DNA from: the human T2T-CHM13v2.0 reference genome, Homo sapiens
Assembly (NCBI RefSeq): GCF_009914755.1
Contig: NC_060935.1
Direction: 5' to 3' (one strand)
DNA length: 64,000 nt
The first letter of the stretch is position 1. Each line of letters begins with the position of its first letter. Below the pieces are notes generated by a model, which was not told the DNA's origin, made no database searches, and worked only from the letters and a program-made list of their open reading frames with translations. Positions 13,466-26,046 of this stretch are shown here, one piece after another. A program made the translations under genes and the position numbers.

Positions 13466-15119
13466 TTAGAGTTGACTAAGACAGTGTCCCTATCCTGTTC
13501 TTGAGCTCCAGTTCTAGTGGGAGTTCTTGAGCTTGGTAAGATGATGTGAGTCCATCAGTGGCCCAGGACTCTAAGCATGTATGTTTTAGTCCCAGCTGTA
13601 AATGAGGATTCCATTAACCCCATCTTCTCCAATGTATGGAGGATGCAAGAAGCTTTAAAATGTCCTTTTCTCACAGTGACTTCCCTTGACCATGCCTTAG
13701 TTTCCTCAGCCAGAAATTGGAGACAGCAAGAGCACTTATGCCTGAGTTGGTGAGATGGAATGATGTATCATATCTCTTCCCCTTTTATTAACCAGATCGT
13801 TTACCAGATTGTACCTGGTGATGCTGGCAGCCAGCCCTCTTCCGGCCCCTATTTCTGCTTACCGTGTTACCAGAGAGCCTGGGGGTCTGGATCCTATCTG
13901 GCCCCGTCAGGGTGGATTACCAAATGAGCAGTTCTCTTGCCCCAGTCCCTTTCCTGTGCTATAAATAAGCCCCATGTTTATTTTCTTATGTTATTGAAAT
14001 GAGCACTTGTGATTTGGGCCTCTTTTGAGGAGTCCAGAGAGCGTCCATCCGGTGCCTGGTGAGGGCCCTGCATGGCTGGCTGCTGTCTGAAGCTATTTGG
14101 AGTCCTCTCCCTGTGTTTTCTATGTGGCTTAATTTCAATAGAAAGGGTTATATGCAACCCTGTATCTGCTGATTTTCAGGTTTCAACTTTCTGCCAGCGT
14201 CACTGCCTGCTTAGAAGTAAAGTTATGTTTCTCATTAAGGGGATAACAGCCACAATTGAGGTAATTAACGAAAATTGTACATTGGTGGCAGCACCTCCTA
14301 TAGGATTTCCAGTAGTCTTTCTCTAGTAGATCATTGGGGGCTCACCTTGATCTCCTCTCTTCTGTCTACCCTGCACCAAAATACCTTGTCCTGTTTTCTG
14401 GATATAGTTCCAATAATTTTTTTCCTAACAGCCTTTTTGTCACCAGTTGGTTTGATATCTTACAACTTGGCCAAATGAGGGTTCCATTAACTCCATCTTG
14501 TCTAATGCATGGAGAATTCAAGGATTTTTTTTTTCCTCTTTTCATAGCACCTTCCAGTTGCCAGTTGTACCCTGGCCCTTCTTTGGAAGTCATAATGATG
14601 AATATCCATTAATAAGAGATTGATGCTCTTTCAACTCTCATGTCATCTATACCATCTCAGTGGAGAGGATGACTTTGGATGAGGTTGGAATAGAAAGGAA
14701 ACATTTGGAAGTCCACTGCAGTGTATTATATGCTGTGTGGAAGTCTGGGGGTTAGGAAATACCTGGAGGGAGAACTTCCTAAGAAATGATTTTTGGTTCT
14801 TTTAGGCCTTAACAGCACAATAAAAGTATCCCATGAGACCATTATGAGCAGGACACGACATTGTTTCACACCTTGGGCTGTGACTATTTACTTCTCGGTA
14901 CAGATTACTCTGGTTAAATCACTCAGTAAAGAAATCTTTTCATGCTCACAATCTGAACCTGAAGGCTATTACTGAAGAGAATTGCATCTGACAACAAAAT
15001 TTAATTTACTTCCAGAGAAAGGACCAGAAGAAAGTAAATTTTCATTTATGTTTTTAAGTCTATTGTCTTAAAAAGATTCTTTTCCCTTAAAAAATAAAAA
15101 AACCTGATGTGATGGGTTC

Positions 15120-16290
15120 CTTCAGTCAACAAATACTTATTGAGCAGTTATTGTGTGCCAGATACTGTTCTTGGTGTGAGGATATGGCACTGAACAAAAC
15201 AATGTACCTACTTTCGTCAAGCTTACATTCTAGTGAGGAAGATAACCAAAACAAGTGACTGAATATAATTTCAAATGTCAATAAATGCTGTGAAGAAAAT
15301 AAAGCAGAGTATTATATGTGGATAATGACTTGGAAATATTTTAGGTAGGTTGATCAGAGGTGATATTTAAGCACAAATGTAAATGTTGAGGAGTGAACCA
15401 TGAGCACACCAGGCAGAGGGAAGAGCTGGTATAAAGACCCTCAGGCAGGAACAAGCTCAGCTTATTTTAAGAACTGTAAGAATAATGTCTGAAGCATATT
15501 GAGTATGGAGAGCATGATAAATGATGATGCCAGAAAGGTAGGCTGGTACCAAATTGTGTTAGGATCATATGGGCCAGAAGGATTCTAGAGTCTTACTATG
15601 AGTGTGATGGGAAGACACTGGATAGTTTTAAGCAAGAGAGTGACATATCTGAATGGCATTTTTAAAAAGGTTATCCCTGCTACTGAGTGGACAGTAGGCT
15701 GTAAGGAGCAAGAGTAGAAGAAAGGAATTCAGCTAGGACACTCTTAGGGACCCCAAAAAAGAAATGGTGACCTAAACTAGGATGGTAGCAGCAGAGGTGG
15801 TGAGAAGTTATATTGGAAGTAGAGTTTATTGGATGTACTGATGAATTAAATTTAAGAGATGAAAACAAAAGAGGATTCACAGGTAACTCCAAGGTTTTTA
15901 TCCTTAGTAACTGCATGATACCATGAGCTGAAATGTGTCAGACTGAACAGGGTGAGGGCAAGGAAATGTTGAGAGAGAAAAATCAAGAGCTCTACTTTGA
16001 ACATGTTAAGTTTAAGATGTCTATTGGACATCTAAGGTATAGTGTCATTTAAACAGTTGGTTATCTAGAGCTCAGAGGAAAAGTTATGACTGAAAATAAA
16101 GATGGGATTTAAAACCCTAGGACTTGATAAGATTACCCAGAGAATTAGTGTAGTTAGAAAGGCGACAAGGATAGGGGCCCAAGTACTAGGCCCACTCTAA
16201 CATTTACAGGTAGAGAATAAAAAGAAAAACCAGCAAAGGAGACGAAGTAGTTGCCAGTGAATTAGGAAGAAAACCAGGAAGGTGTCTGTA
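15120..16290 (-). mobile_element. L2 LINE including its 3' end
   Basis: Begins tcagtcaacaaatacttattgagc...tgtgtgccagatactg (reverse of the L2 3' terminus), then about 1.1 kb of L2 body. Confidence 0.85.
15280..15303 (+). terminator. Candidate distal EXT2 poly(A) signals (AATAAA 15280-15285 and 15298-15303; another at 15093-15098)
   Basis: Clustered canonical hexamers with a TATGTGG element downstream; I recall a long EXT2 3'UTR annotation but cannot verify it. Confidence 0.4.
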
Positions 16291-16294
16291 GGAT

Positions 16295-18760
16295 ACCTGT
16301 GATAAATTAAAAGTGCATGCTGTAAACTCTAGAGCAACCACTAAAAATCACTTTTAAAAGAGACAAGGCTAATAAGGCAATACTGGAGATGGAATATCAA
16401 AAATATACTCAATCAGAAAGCAGGAAAAGAAGAGTAAACAAAGGACAAAAGGAACAAATGGAAACAAAGAGCAAGATAGGGTTAAACCCAAACATGTCAC
16501 CAATTACATTAAATGTAAATGATCTAAACACTGTAATTAAAGGGCAGAGATTATCAGGCTGAATTAAGCAGCAAGAGCAATTACATGCTGTCTACAAGGA
16601 AAACCCCTATAAAGTTAAGTTTAAAAAGTAAAAGGGTAGAAAAGATGTACTATACAAATATTAGTCATGAAAAAGTGAGAGTGATTATATCATCAGGGAG
16701 CAAGAGGAACATTTCATAATGATAAAGAGGCCCATTCATCAAGAAGACAGAACAAGATAATCCTAAAAATGTGTGTGCATTAAATAACAATGCCTCAAAA
16801 TATATAAATCAAAAATTAACACTGAAAGAGAAGTCGAAAACCCACAATTATATATAGATGTTTCAATGCTCCTCTCTCAGTAACTGATATAACAAGTTGA
16901 TAGAAAAATGTAGATGACATGAATAACACTGTCAACAACGTTGGCTTAATTGACAGTTACAGAACGCTTCATCTGCGTAGCTGAATACACATTCTTCTTA
17001 AGTGCACATGCAACATTTACCTCAAATGTGTTACACAAAAATAAGTCTCAGTAATTTTAGAGGAATTGAACATTAAAAAGTTACCTGACCGCAGTGAAGT
17101 TAAATTAGAAATCAATAACAGCTATCTGAGAATATCCTAAATAGTTAGGAATTAAATCACATTTCTAAATAATGCATGGATTAATAAAGACACAAAGGAA
17201 ATTAGAAAATATTTTGAGTAAAAATGAAAACTGTATTAAATTTGTAGGGTACTTAGAGATTTATAGCTTGAAGAGTTTAAATTAGAAAAAAAGTCTACAT
17301 TAAGAAACTAGGAAAAGGAGCAAAATAAACCCAAAGTAAGTAGAAAGAATAAAGATAAGAACAGAAACCAATGGAGTAGAAAATGGAAAACAATGGAAAA
17401 AATCAAAAACTGGTTCTTTGTAAAAGATTAATAACTGCTCAAGACCGCTAAAGGAAAAAAAAAGGAACTAAGATACAAATTACAGTATCAAGAATCAGAG
17501 GGCAACATTGGAACAGATTCTAAACATATTAAAAGGACAATACATTGCTACGATCTGAATTTTTGTGAGCCTCCCCACACACAACCCCACTCCACTCCAA
17601 GTTTATGTGTTGAAACTTAATCCCCAGTTCACTGGTGTTGGCAGGTGGGGCATCTGGTGGGTAATTAGCTCATGAGCAGAGCTGTCATGAATGTGATTAG
17701 TGTCATTATAAAAGAGACCTGAGAGAGAGCTCATTGGTGCCTTCTACCATGTGAGGACACTTAGAAGGTGCCATCTATAAGGAGTGGGCCCTACCCAGAC
17801 ACCAAATCTGCCAAAACCTAGATCTTGGATTTTCCAGCCTCCAGAACTGTGAGCAATAAATTTCTATTGTTTATAAATTACCAGTCTAAGATATTTTGCT
17901 ATAGCAGCCCAAACAGACTAAGAAATATGAACTTTATAACAATAATTTCTGTAACTTACATGAAATGAGCACAATCCATGAAAGACACAAATTGACAAAA
18001 CTGCCTGAAGAAGAAATGGAAAATCTGAATACCCTTGTATCTGTTAAAGAAATCTGTAATTTAAAATGTTTTGCAAAGAAATACCTATGTCCATATAGTT
18101 TTACTGGCTAATTCTATCAAACAATTAAGGAAGAAATAATACCAATCTTATTCAAACCCTTTTCAGAAAATAGAAGGGGAGGAAGTATGTTTCAATTAAT
18201 TTTAAGTGGCCATTATTACCCTGATACCAAAGCCAGATAAAAACCTTACAAGAAGAGAACTGCAGACCAGTAGCCTTCCTGAACATAAATGCAAAATCCT
18301 TAACAAAATATTGGCAGATTGATACAGCAAGACTAAAGAATACAAAGTTGGCTGAATGTTGGAAAATCAATGTAATTCACAATAGAGTAAAAGAGAATAT
18401 TTGTGTGATTGTCTCACTAGATATAGAAAAAGCATTTGACAAAATTCCATACCGGGATTGTTTAAAGAAAAAAAAAAACGTAGAAAACATATCCACACAA
18501 AAACTTGCACACAAATGTCCATAGCCAGCTGTATTCAGAATAGCCAAAAGCTGGAAATAAGTCAAATGTTCAAGAGCAGATGAATGGATAGACAAATTCT
18601 GGTATATCCATACAATGAAATACAGCTCAGCAATACAAATACTGAACTACTGAGTGACACAACATGGATGAGTTTCCAAAACAGGTGAGCAAAAAAAAAA
18701 AATGTCAGACACAAAAGAGTACATACTATATGTATGAAGTGTTGATTTAAAAAAGAAAAA
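16295..18760 (+). mobile_element. Old L1M LINE (ORF2 and 3' fragments), interrupted by an MLT1 LTR
   Basis: A-rich L1 ORF2-like text (caattacattaaatgtaaatgatctaaac; gaaaaagcatttgacaaaattcc; ccctgataccaaagccaga), many stop codons. Confidence 0.85.
17546..17925 (+). mobile_element. MLT1A0-like MaLR solo LTR nested in L1
   Basis: TGCTAC..TGAAT start; ccagcctccagaactgtgagcaataaatttct; ends tatagcagcccaaacagactaaga. Confidence 0.85.
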
Positions 18761-19729
18761 AAAGCTGATGGTTAAAAAATATCATCTTCTCAGTTCCTTG
18801 GTTTTATCCTGGACTGGTATATCTTTCCTTCCTTAACCTGGGTGTTTACTTAGGGCCTCAGGATCTAGAATGCCTCCAGTCCCATTGCCTCAGTCTGGTG
18901 CGTTCTTGGTATGGAATGCAGACTTGCCAGCAAGGCGGCTGACATTTATTAAATGCTGGCCATGTGAGGGATGCCGTGCCAGGTGCTTCAGATAAACAGG
19001 CAAAGGAGACATCTTTTCCACCTTCAAGGAACTCATCGTTGAATTGATAAACACAGGAGATTAATCAGTTATAGTCCTATCTGCTGTATAAGGCAGTGCA
19101 TGACAAAGGGCAAATTGCACACATTCCCCACTGTGGAGGGAGAGTAGGATTATTTCTGACTTGGTCAAAGAGGTAGCACTTGAAGGGGCTGTGAAGAGTT
19201 AATATATGAAGATGGGCATTAGGTGGACAGGGGTGTGTTGACCGATAACCCTCCTGAACATAATTGCAAAATCCTTAGCAAATAGAGATGCATGTTGGGG
19301 CAGGCATTCGACCTGAGGGGAGTGAAAGGAAACAAGAAGATGGGAAAATATAAAGGATGTCCTAGGTTTTCAGGAGCACAGAGCCCAGACTGGGGAATTA
19401 GAAACAGCAAGGCTGAACAGGAGTTGAGGGCTATATGAAAGAGCCGGAACTCCAGTCTGTAGGCTGTGTGAAGGTGTTCAGGTTAATGTGCTGGTAAAGG
19501 ATGGATCAGAGCTGGGTTTTGGCATCCCTATTATTGATGGAGTGGACCAGGGAGAGACTGGGAATTAGATGTAACCACTTAGCAGTAGCCTGGGTAGAAA
19601 GTGAAAGGGCACTGAACCAGATAGGCTGCTGGGAATGCTGAGACCCTTTTGGATATGGGGATGGGAAAAGCAGCCCCCTGTCCATTTCTGTGCCTTCCTC
19701 TCACCCCTATAACACATACCAGCCACACT

Positions 19730-20096
19730 GCTTGTTGTGTGCCCTCCCTTCATATACTGAAGCCCTAACCCCCAATGTAACTGCATTTGCAGATAGCGCC
19801 TTTAAAGAGGTAATAAAGGTTAAGTGAGGTCACAAATGTGGAACCCTACTCCAATAAGACTGGTGTCCTTAAGAGAGGAAGGGGCACCAGACCTATCTAC
19901 ATGTGTACACAGAGGAAGGGCTATGTGAGGACACAGAAGGCAGTCTTCTATTAACATAAGCCAGAAAGAGGCCAGAAACCACATTTGCCAGCACCTTGAT
20001 CACGGACTTCTGGCCTCCAGAACTAGGAGAAAATAAATGTCTGTTAGCCACCCACTGTGTGGTATTTTGTTATGGCAGCCCAAGCAGATTAATACA
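19730..20096 (+). mobile_element. MLT1B-like MaLR LTR
   Basis: tgaagccctaacccccaatgt...cctttaaagaggtaataaaggttaagtgaggtc...gttatggcagcccaagcagattaataca. Confidence 0.85.
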
Positions 20097-20632
20097 CTAC
20101 TCTCCCCCAGGTCCCTCACTGCCTCCCCACCCCCGCCCATCTGATAAACATAATATCGGATGTTCCCAGTGCTCCATAGTATGGTGTCACTCTTGTGAAG
20201 CAGTTATCCAATGTTTGGCACCCTGCCCTTAGCCACTTGGATGGAAGTCAACCCTTTGGCCTTCCCAGCCTCCAGTGTGCATGATTCCCCCACTGTACAA
20301 CTCTTCACTATTTTCAAATATTTTAACTTTTGGACTTTGTAACCACCTGATGAGATAAGCAGGAAACAGTTGGCTATCCCCATTTTACAGAAGAAAAAAT
20401 TGAAAATGAAAGCATTTTTGTGGCTTGCCGAAGGTGACAGAGGTAAGTTTCAAAGTCAGATCTTAAACTCATGTCTCCTGTCTCTTGCTTCACCACGTGG
20501 GTTCCTGGCCAGTGCTCTCCCATGCTTTCAACTGGACAGTGCTTTCTGTCCATACCTATCTTGGAGAAGAGCTATGGTTTGCCTTGTGTTTCATTCTTCC
20601 TTAGGCTTTTATCCCCTTCCCCTGTCCTCTCA

Positions 20633-20664
20633 ACACACACACACACACACACACACATACACAC
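20633..20664. repeat. (CA)n microsatellite
   Basis: About 16 AC units with one AT interruption. Confidence 0.9.
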
Positions 20665-23600
20665 TCTCATTTATTTTCATTCTTTCCCATGGTGTAGCTT
20701 GGCCCTACTATCATAGCTACAGGGAGCCCCTTCCTTTCCAGAAGCGCCTGGAAATTACAGAGGTACGCTGTGGGTAGAGGACAGAGAAGGGATGGAGAGG
20801 GGGCTTGTGATGCAACCAAAGAGAAATCCCAGGAGGCAAGGCAAGAACACTGTGTCCTCTGCACATCTAAGAACCACATCCTGATTGGGGTTCCGGGCAG
20901 ATCTCATGCAGGCAGTACAGTGGGTTTTCTCCCAACTAGTTAAGGCAACACCTTAACACATGGTGTACACATGCTCATAAATTGAAGCTCCCTGTGGAGG
21001 TTTGCCCTTCCTCAAGCCTGTTGGTCTTTGTTGAGCTTAAAAAAAAATCTGTTTGGAATCACACAGAATTCCTGGGAAAATTTCAACTCTCACACCCCAT
21101 TGTCTTCTGGCGCTAACTTGCATCTTCTCACTTGTGCACATACACAGTTTGCCGTCAGCCCTATTTTGGGGAACTGGCTATTTGTGGAGAGCCTATTGTT
21201 CCTTAGCTGCTGAGCATGCAAGTCTAGACCTGTGGAAGGAGAGGTACCACCACCACTCCACGCCCTGCTCGCCAGATTGAAGATTCTGCTGTCACATGGC
21301 CCAGCCAGCTTGTGGAGCCCTGGGGTTGGCTGTGTTGCCTGTAGCAAGACCTGGGACAATGGGATTGGTGATGAGCTGAAGGCAAGAGTGGTTTCTGCTG
21401 GGGTTGGCACCAAGGCAGGAAAGGAGCTGTCTTCAGCCAGTCGCTGAAGCTGGAGTTGAGAGTGGAGGGCTTAAGGGCATGAGGATTATCCAGGGATGCT
21501 GGAGAAAGTGGGCTTTGAGCCCAGGGACAAGTCGAGAAGCTTCCAGATGTGCACTCTTGGACACAGGACCTCTTGCGCCATCTTGGGGAGCTGGCCTGGT
21601 GCTGACCAGTGCTGTCCCAACCCCGGCAACACTAAATAAACAGGCCAGGTTTACTGCCGTGGCCACAGCTCATCTTGAATGCATGTGAACCCTGGAGGAA
21701 TGGGGTGGATGAGGTTCATGGTCAAGCAGAGGCTCTGACACTCCAGGAAGATCTCTAGTGGGCTGAGTCAGCTTCCAGCTGTCTGTAAAACGAATCCCTG
21801 AGTGTCCTCTGACCTCCCTCCTCCCACCCTTAATCAAAACAGAGCATCTCTTTATTCTCACCTTCCCATTCATTCACTCATTCGCACATTACCTAACATT
21901 CTTATTCTCTCAGGCATTCGGATGTGAACACAGCCTGTCTCCTCTTTGGGATGTGAGGAAGTCAGATGGATAAATAGATATACGGTATCATGTGCCATCA
22001 TGGTATTATGACACAAACAGTTTTGTGGAGGCCAGAGGGGCAGCCTTTGACCTAGGGGTGGAAGTTGAGGTGAGGGCATGGGCTTAAGAAAGAGCTTCAC
22101 AGAGGGTGCTATCATTTGGAGGATACACTGCAGAGTGGCTGGGTGCATTGGAGGGGATCTAGGGAGGAGATAGAGGCATTCTAAGAAGAGATAGCAAGTC
22201 CAGTGGTGTGGCCAGGTGAAAAGGCCTAGATGGCTTGGGGAACAACAAGCTGTGCTGGGTGGTCAGACCCAGTGAAGGGCTGAGCCGTAGTCCACAGTCA
22301 GAGGAGGCCCTGCTGGCCCTGGCCTTGTCGTTGTTCTCCCCAGAGACCACTTGGAGGCACAGGTCCCAGGGGTGGGCTACCTGCATCCCCCGTGATGCCT
22401 AAGTCACACATCAGGCCAGTCTTCCTCTTCAGCAGTGGTGCTCATCTGGACTCTGAAGGATTTGGGGGGTGCTCAGCTCCCACAGGAAGAAGCAGGGGTG
22501 TGAGGTAGAGACAACACCCCGTGGTTTCGCATGTGGTTTGCACATGGCTTTTCTCCCTCTCTGCTTCAATTCCTGCCCTGTGACTTGGCAGTGATTTGGT
22601 GTGGAGTGTCCAAGTGCTACCATGACCCTGAGCCCTAATATAGGACAGGTGTCATTTTTTAAAAAAACAAGCTCCCAGCCCAGGTCAACCTAAAACCCAG
22701 TTGGGTCTATACTGAATGTGAATGCACTGACACAGGTATCAAATCTGAGATGTGGTTCCAAGAGAACAATGTCCAAATAGTTGGAAAGAGAGGATAAAAT
22801 GGAGCTTGTTGTTGTTGTTATTGTTTTATCAGACTCACAGCTGGGAGCTGGAGGGAGATGTCATTCTCTGGGAGTAATCATTGTCCCTTATGTCACTATG
22901 CCACATCGGCTTACAAAGCCCATGCATGGACATTGTCCACTTAATCCTCCCCCCTCCATTGGTAAGCTAAGCAGGGACAGGGCTTGTTTCTATCCTTCAG
23001 ATGTGAGAACTTAGACTCAGCTGGTTTGGTCAACAAAAATGACTCCCTGTCCACACAGTGGTCCCTTGGAGGCTGACTGCCTCTTCCTGAGTCGCCTTCG
23101 TGCTGGAAAGCAAGGAAACACCTATACGACAGTAGAACCTGGGTTCCTTCTGCTTCATAATTTGTCTTCAGAGGTTTGCTTTAAAAGTTGTCTGGCCATA
23201 TGTCCTGGAAGGACAGTTCCCCTGCCCACTCAGTAGCAGAGCCAGAACTGGGACCCGCCTCTCCTGGAGGTCCACCCTGTGCTCCTGGTGTCAAGCAGCC
23301 TGGACCTCTGCGCTCTGGCTCTCCTGCTTTCAGAACAGCCCCTGGGAACAGAACGGTACTCAGTGGCACCGAGGGGCTGGCAGTGCTGGTTGTGAAGACC
23401 TCACGGCACAGTTTGTGCCAAGCACACCCCAGATGCAGGGGAGGCAAAGAGTTGCTGCTGCGACCCTTTGGGCTGCCTGAGAAGTGGGTTCTGGTACCCC
23501 CTGCCCCCTTCTAGCTTCCCTGCAGTGCAGACAGGTCCTCTGGGACAAGGGGGCTGGGTATGTCCCAGACCTTCACAGGCCACGCACCCCTTCTTTGTGC

Positions 23601-23803
23601 AGGAGCATCAGCCGGCCACCTGTTGTTCATCTAGCCCTGGTAATCCCTTCTGTACTGTGTCAGCAGTTCAAAAGGGCACTGTTAGTATTTTTTGCCGACT
23701 TCAATTAATGTGAGATTTCAGAGGCCCCTCTGATCACATTTCATCTGTCACAAGTCAGGAACAAAACAGACAGATTCCAGTTGAGAGGAGGAAGGAGAAG
23801 GAG

Positions 23804-23809
23804 TTTATT
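23804..23809 (-). terminator. ALX4 poly(A) signal AATAAA
   Basis: TTTATT on + strand; downstream on - strand is the GU/U-rich element TCTGTCTGTTTTGTTCC (~23775-23759). Confidence 0.75.
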
Positions 23810-25927
23810 GCAAATAACAACAACCAAACAGTTTGGGCTGGGCCAGCAAAGGGTGTTCTGGGAGTGCCCGGCTACCTCTGCACTCCATTTTGCCCCATGC
23901 CTGGGCCCCTACGTCTCCTTCCCATCCGTGTTCCTCCTCTCCCAAAAAAGATGTAAGTGCAATAACTTACTTTAAAAGGCAAGAACGTTTCTTTTAATAT
24001 TTTGCTATAATGTAGTTACATGGTGGTATAGGCAGTAAAACTTTATGGAACCGACCTCATTTTTTTTTTTACATTTTTCTGGATTTTTACTGTATTTTTA
24101 ATATATATTTTTAATATTCCACCCCAGGCCATTAAGCTAAAGGAAAAGTTGCATTTATACAGGGTTAAAATATCTTACAATGAGAACAATAAGTAACGGT
24201 TGAGGTTCATGTTCCTTCTAGCACTCAGCTTTCTTTTTTCAACCACTGCACACCTAAACAGATGATTAGACATTGAAAACTGTCCTTCAAAATCAGTAGT
24301 ATAAAGGCCTAGCTCTATGTGTGTGAGTGAAGAGGGAAGAAAGGAGAGGCCGAGGTTAGGTCATGGAAGCACCTTTCCTCCCTACAGCATCCTGAAAGAA
24401 GTGAAGTGGGGTTGATGGGTCATTGTCACCTTCTTATTTTTTAACTGGATAGTCACAGAGTATTATCCTGGGGGCCAGTTTACCAACCATCCTCCCCCAG
24501 CTAGGCCTGTTTGCCTTTGCACTGGACAGTAAGGGCCATGAAACAGACCAGGAACCCCCGCGTGTCTTTCAGGTTCTCGAAGATGGCCCCCCACTGTCTA
24601 GCCCAGGGAGGGAATGACTGCATAAGCAGGGTACGTAGTTTTCATGGAAGCGTCCCTCGTCTGCCCAGCCGAAATGACAGGAGATGGGGCACGGAGCTGG
24701 GTCCAGTGTGATCACAGCTGTGTGTGCTGGGGACCCACCCCACACTTGCTGCACCTACCCCATCGCAGTGTCTTTGAGCTAACCTGGCCACCGTGCTTCC
24801 CGAAGCTGGAGGCACGGTAGTGAGCGCTGAGAATCAAGTATAGTTAAAAGAATTCAAGGAAAGTTCTAAAAGCCCATGTCCTCCAAGTGCTATTTCAGCC
24901 TTGGAGACAAGCCTCTCTGTGTGCCCCCCAGAGCCCTCGCTCCCATGCCCCAGGAGTAGTGCTGGCATCTGGAGGGCAGTAGCAGCACCTTAGTGTCAAG
25001 CCTTGCCATGCTGAGACCTGTGCCCAGCAGGGACTGGAGGCTGTCAGTGTGGGGAGGCTGCCCATCCATCTGCCGGCTACCCACGACTTCATTTTTAAGT
25101 TGCCATCTCTGTTGAGATCTTAGGCAGGTATCCAAAGGAAATCCTCACCTCTCTTAGCTTATTCGCATAGCAATGAACCACGTGGCAGGTAGATGCTTCT
25201 CTCCACCTGCCTTCATGAGCTTTAGCTCCAGATGGCCTTGGGCAGCTGCCCTGACTTGCTCAGTCATCCTAGGAGCTGACACGGCAGTGGCCCCCTGCTC
25301 TGCAGTGCAGAAGGTTGGGCCTAGCCACCTGTCTTGGAAGGGACTGGGCCCCAAGGTTCTCTTCTGGAGAACTGAGCTGCTGAGTGAATGCCCATGAGGC
25401 ATTGGAGAGGGGAGCTCCATGCAGCACCGGCCGCCCCTGGTGCCAACGAAGCCCAGGCCCTCACACCCTGGGTGGCACGTCCCAGGCTCCTCTCTCAGCC
25501 TAGTCTCAGGGCAAATACAGGTCAGGGCAGTCATGTCTCCACTCTGGGCCAGGGTCTTCTCTGTTGTGAAGGGACTGGACTAACTAGAGGGTTTCTAAGC
25601 TTCCTCCCAACTCGGTGGTCCTATCATACTTAGTGTGGTTAGGTGGCCCCCAAGGGCTGGGCCAAGCCACAGAGGACAGGCCTGGGGTACGTGGCTGCCT
25701 TTGACGAGATGAACAGGAATGTTTCACATTGGCATGTTTAATCCTAGACACTTCCTGGGTGTGTTGGGACAGGCAGCCATAGCCACAGAGTCTTCTAATA
25801 GACGCCTTTTCTTCTCAAGCTTTTGGGTTGAAATTTGCCTGACTTGGGTCTAGCCCAGCCAGAGAGCAGACGCATGGAGGAACTGAGTGCCGGGGGCCAC
25901 TGCGGAAGAGCCCCCTTAAAGCTCTCA

Positions 25928-26046
25928 CTCTCCCTCCCTGCCTGCTCTGGAGCTACCTGTCTGTCCTCCTCTTTGTCCTGATTCCCTTGCTCTCCCTCCT
26001 GGCCCACTCTGGAGCTACCTGGCTCTCCTCCTCTTTGTCCTGATTC
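25928..26046. repeat. Imperfect 62-bp tandem duplication in ALX4 3'UTR
   Basis: CTCTGGAGCTACCTG(T/G)CT(G/C)TCCTCCTCTTTGTCCTGATTC at 25945-25984 and 26007-26046. Confidence 0.9.

Noticed and set aside
16295-18760. Active L1 or reverse transcriptase gene
   Set aside because: Heavily decayed, interrupted by an LTR, no long ORF.
23953-23965. miR-92/25 site GTGCAATA
   Set aside because: On the + strand, antisense to ALX4 mRNA, so not a target site.
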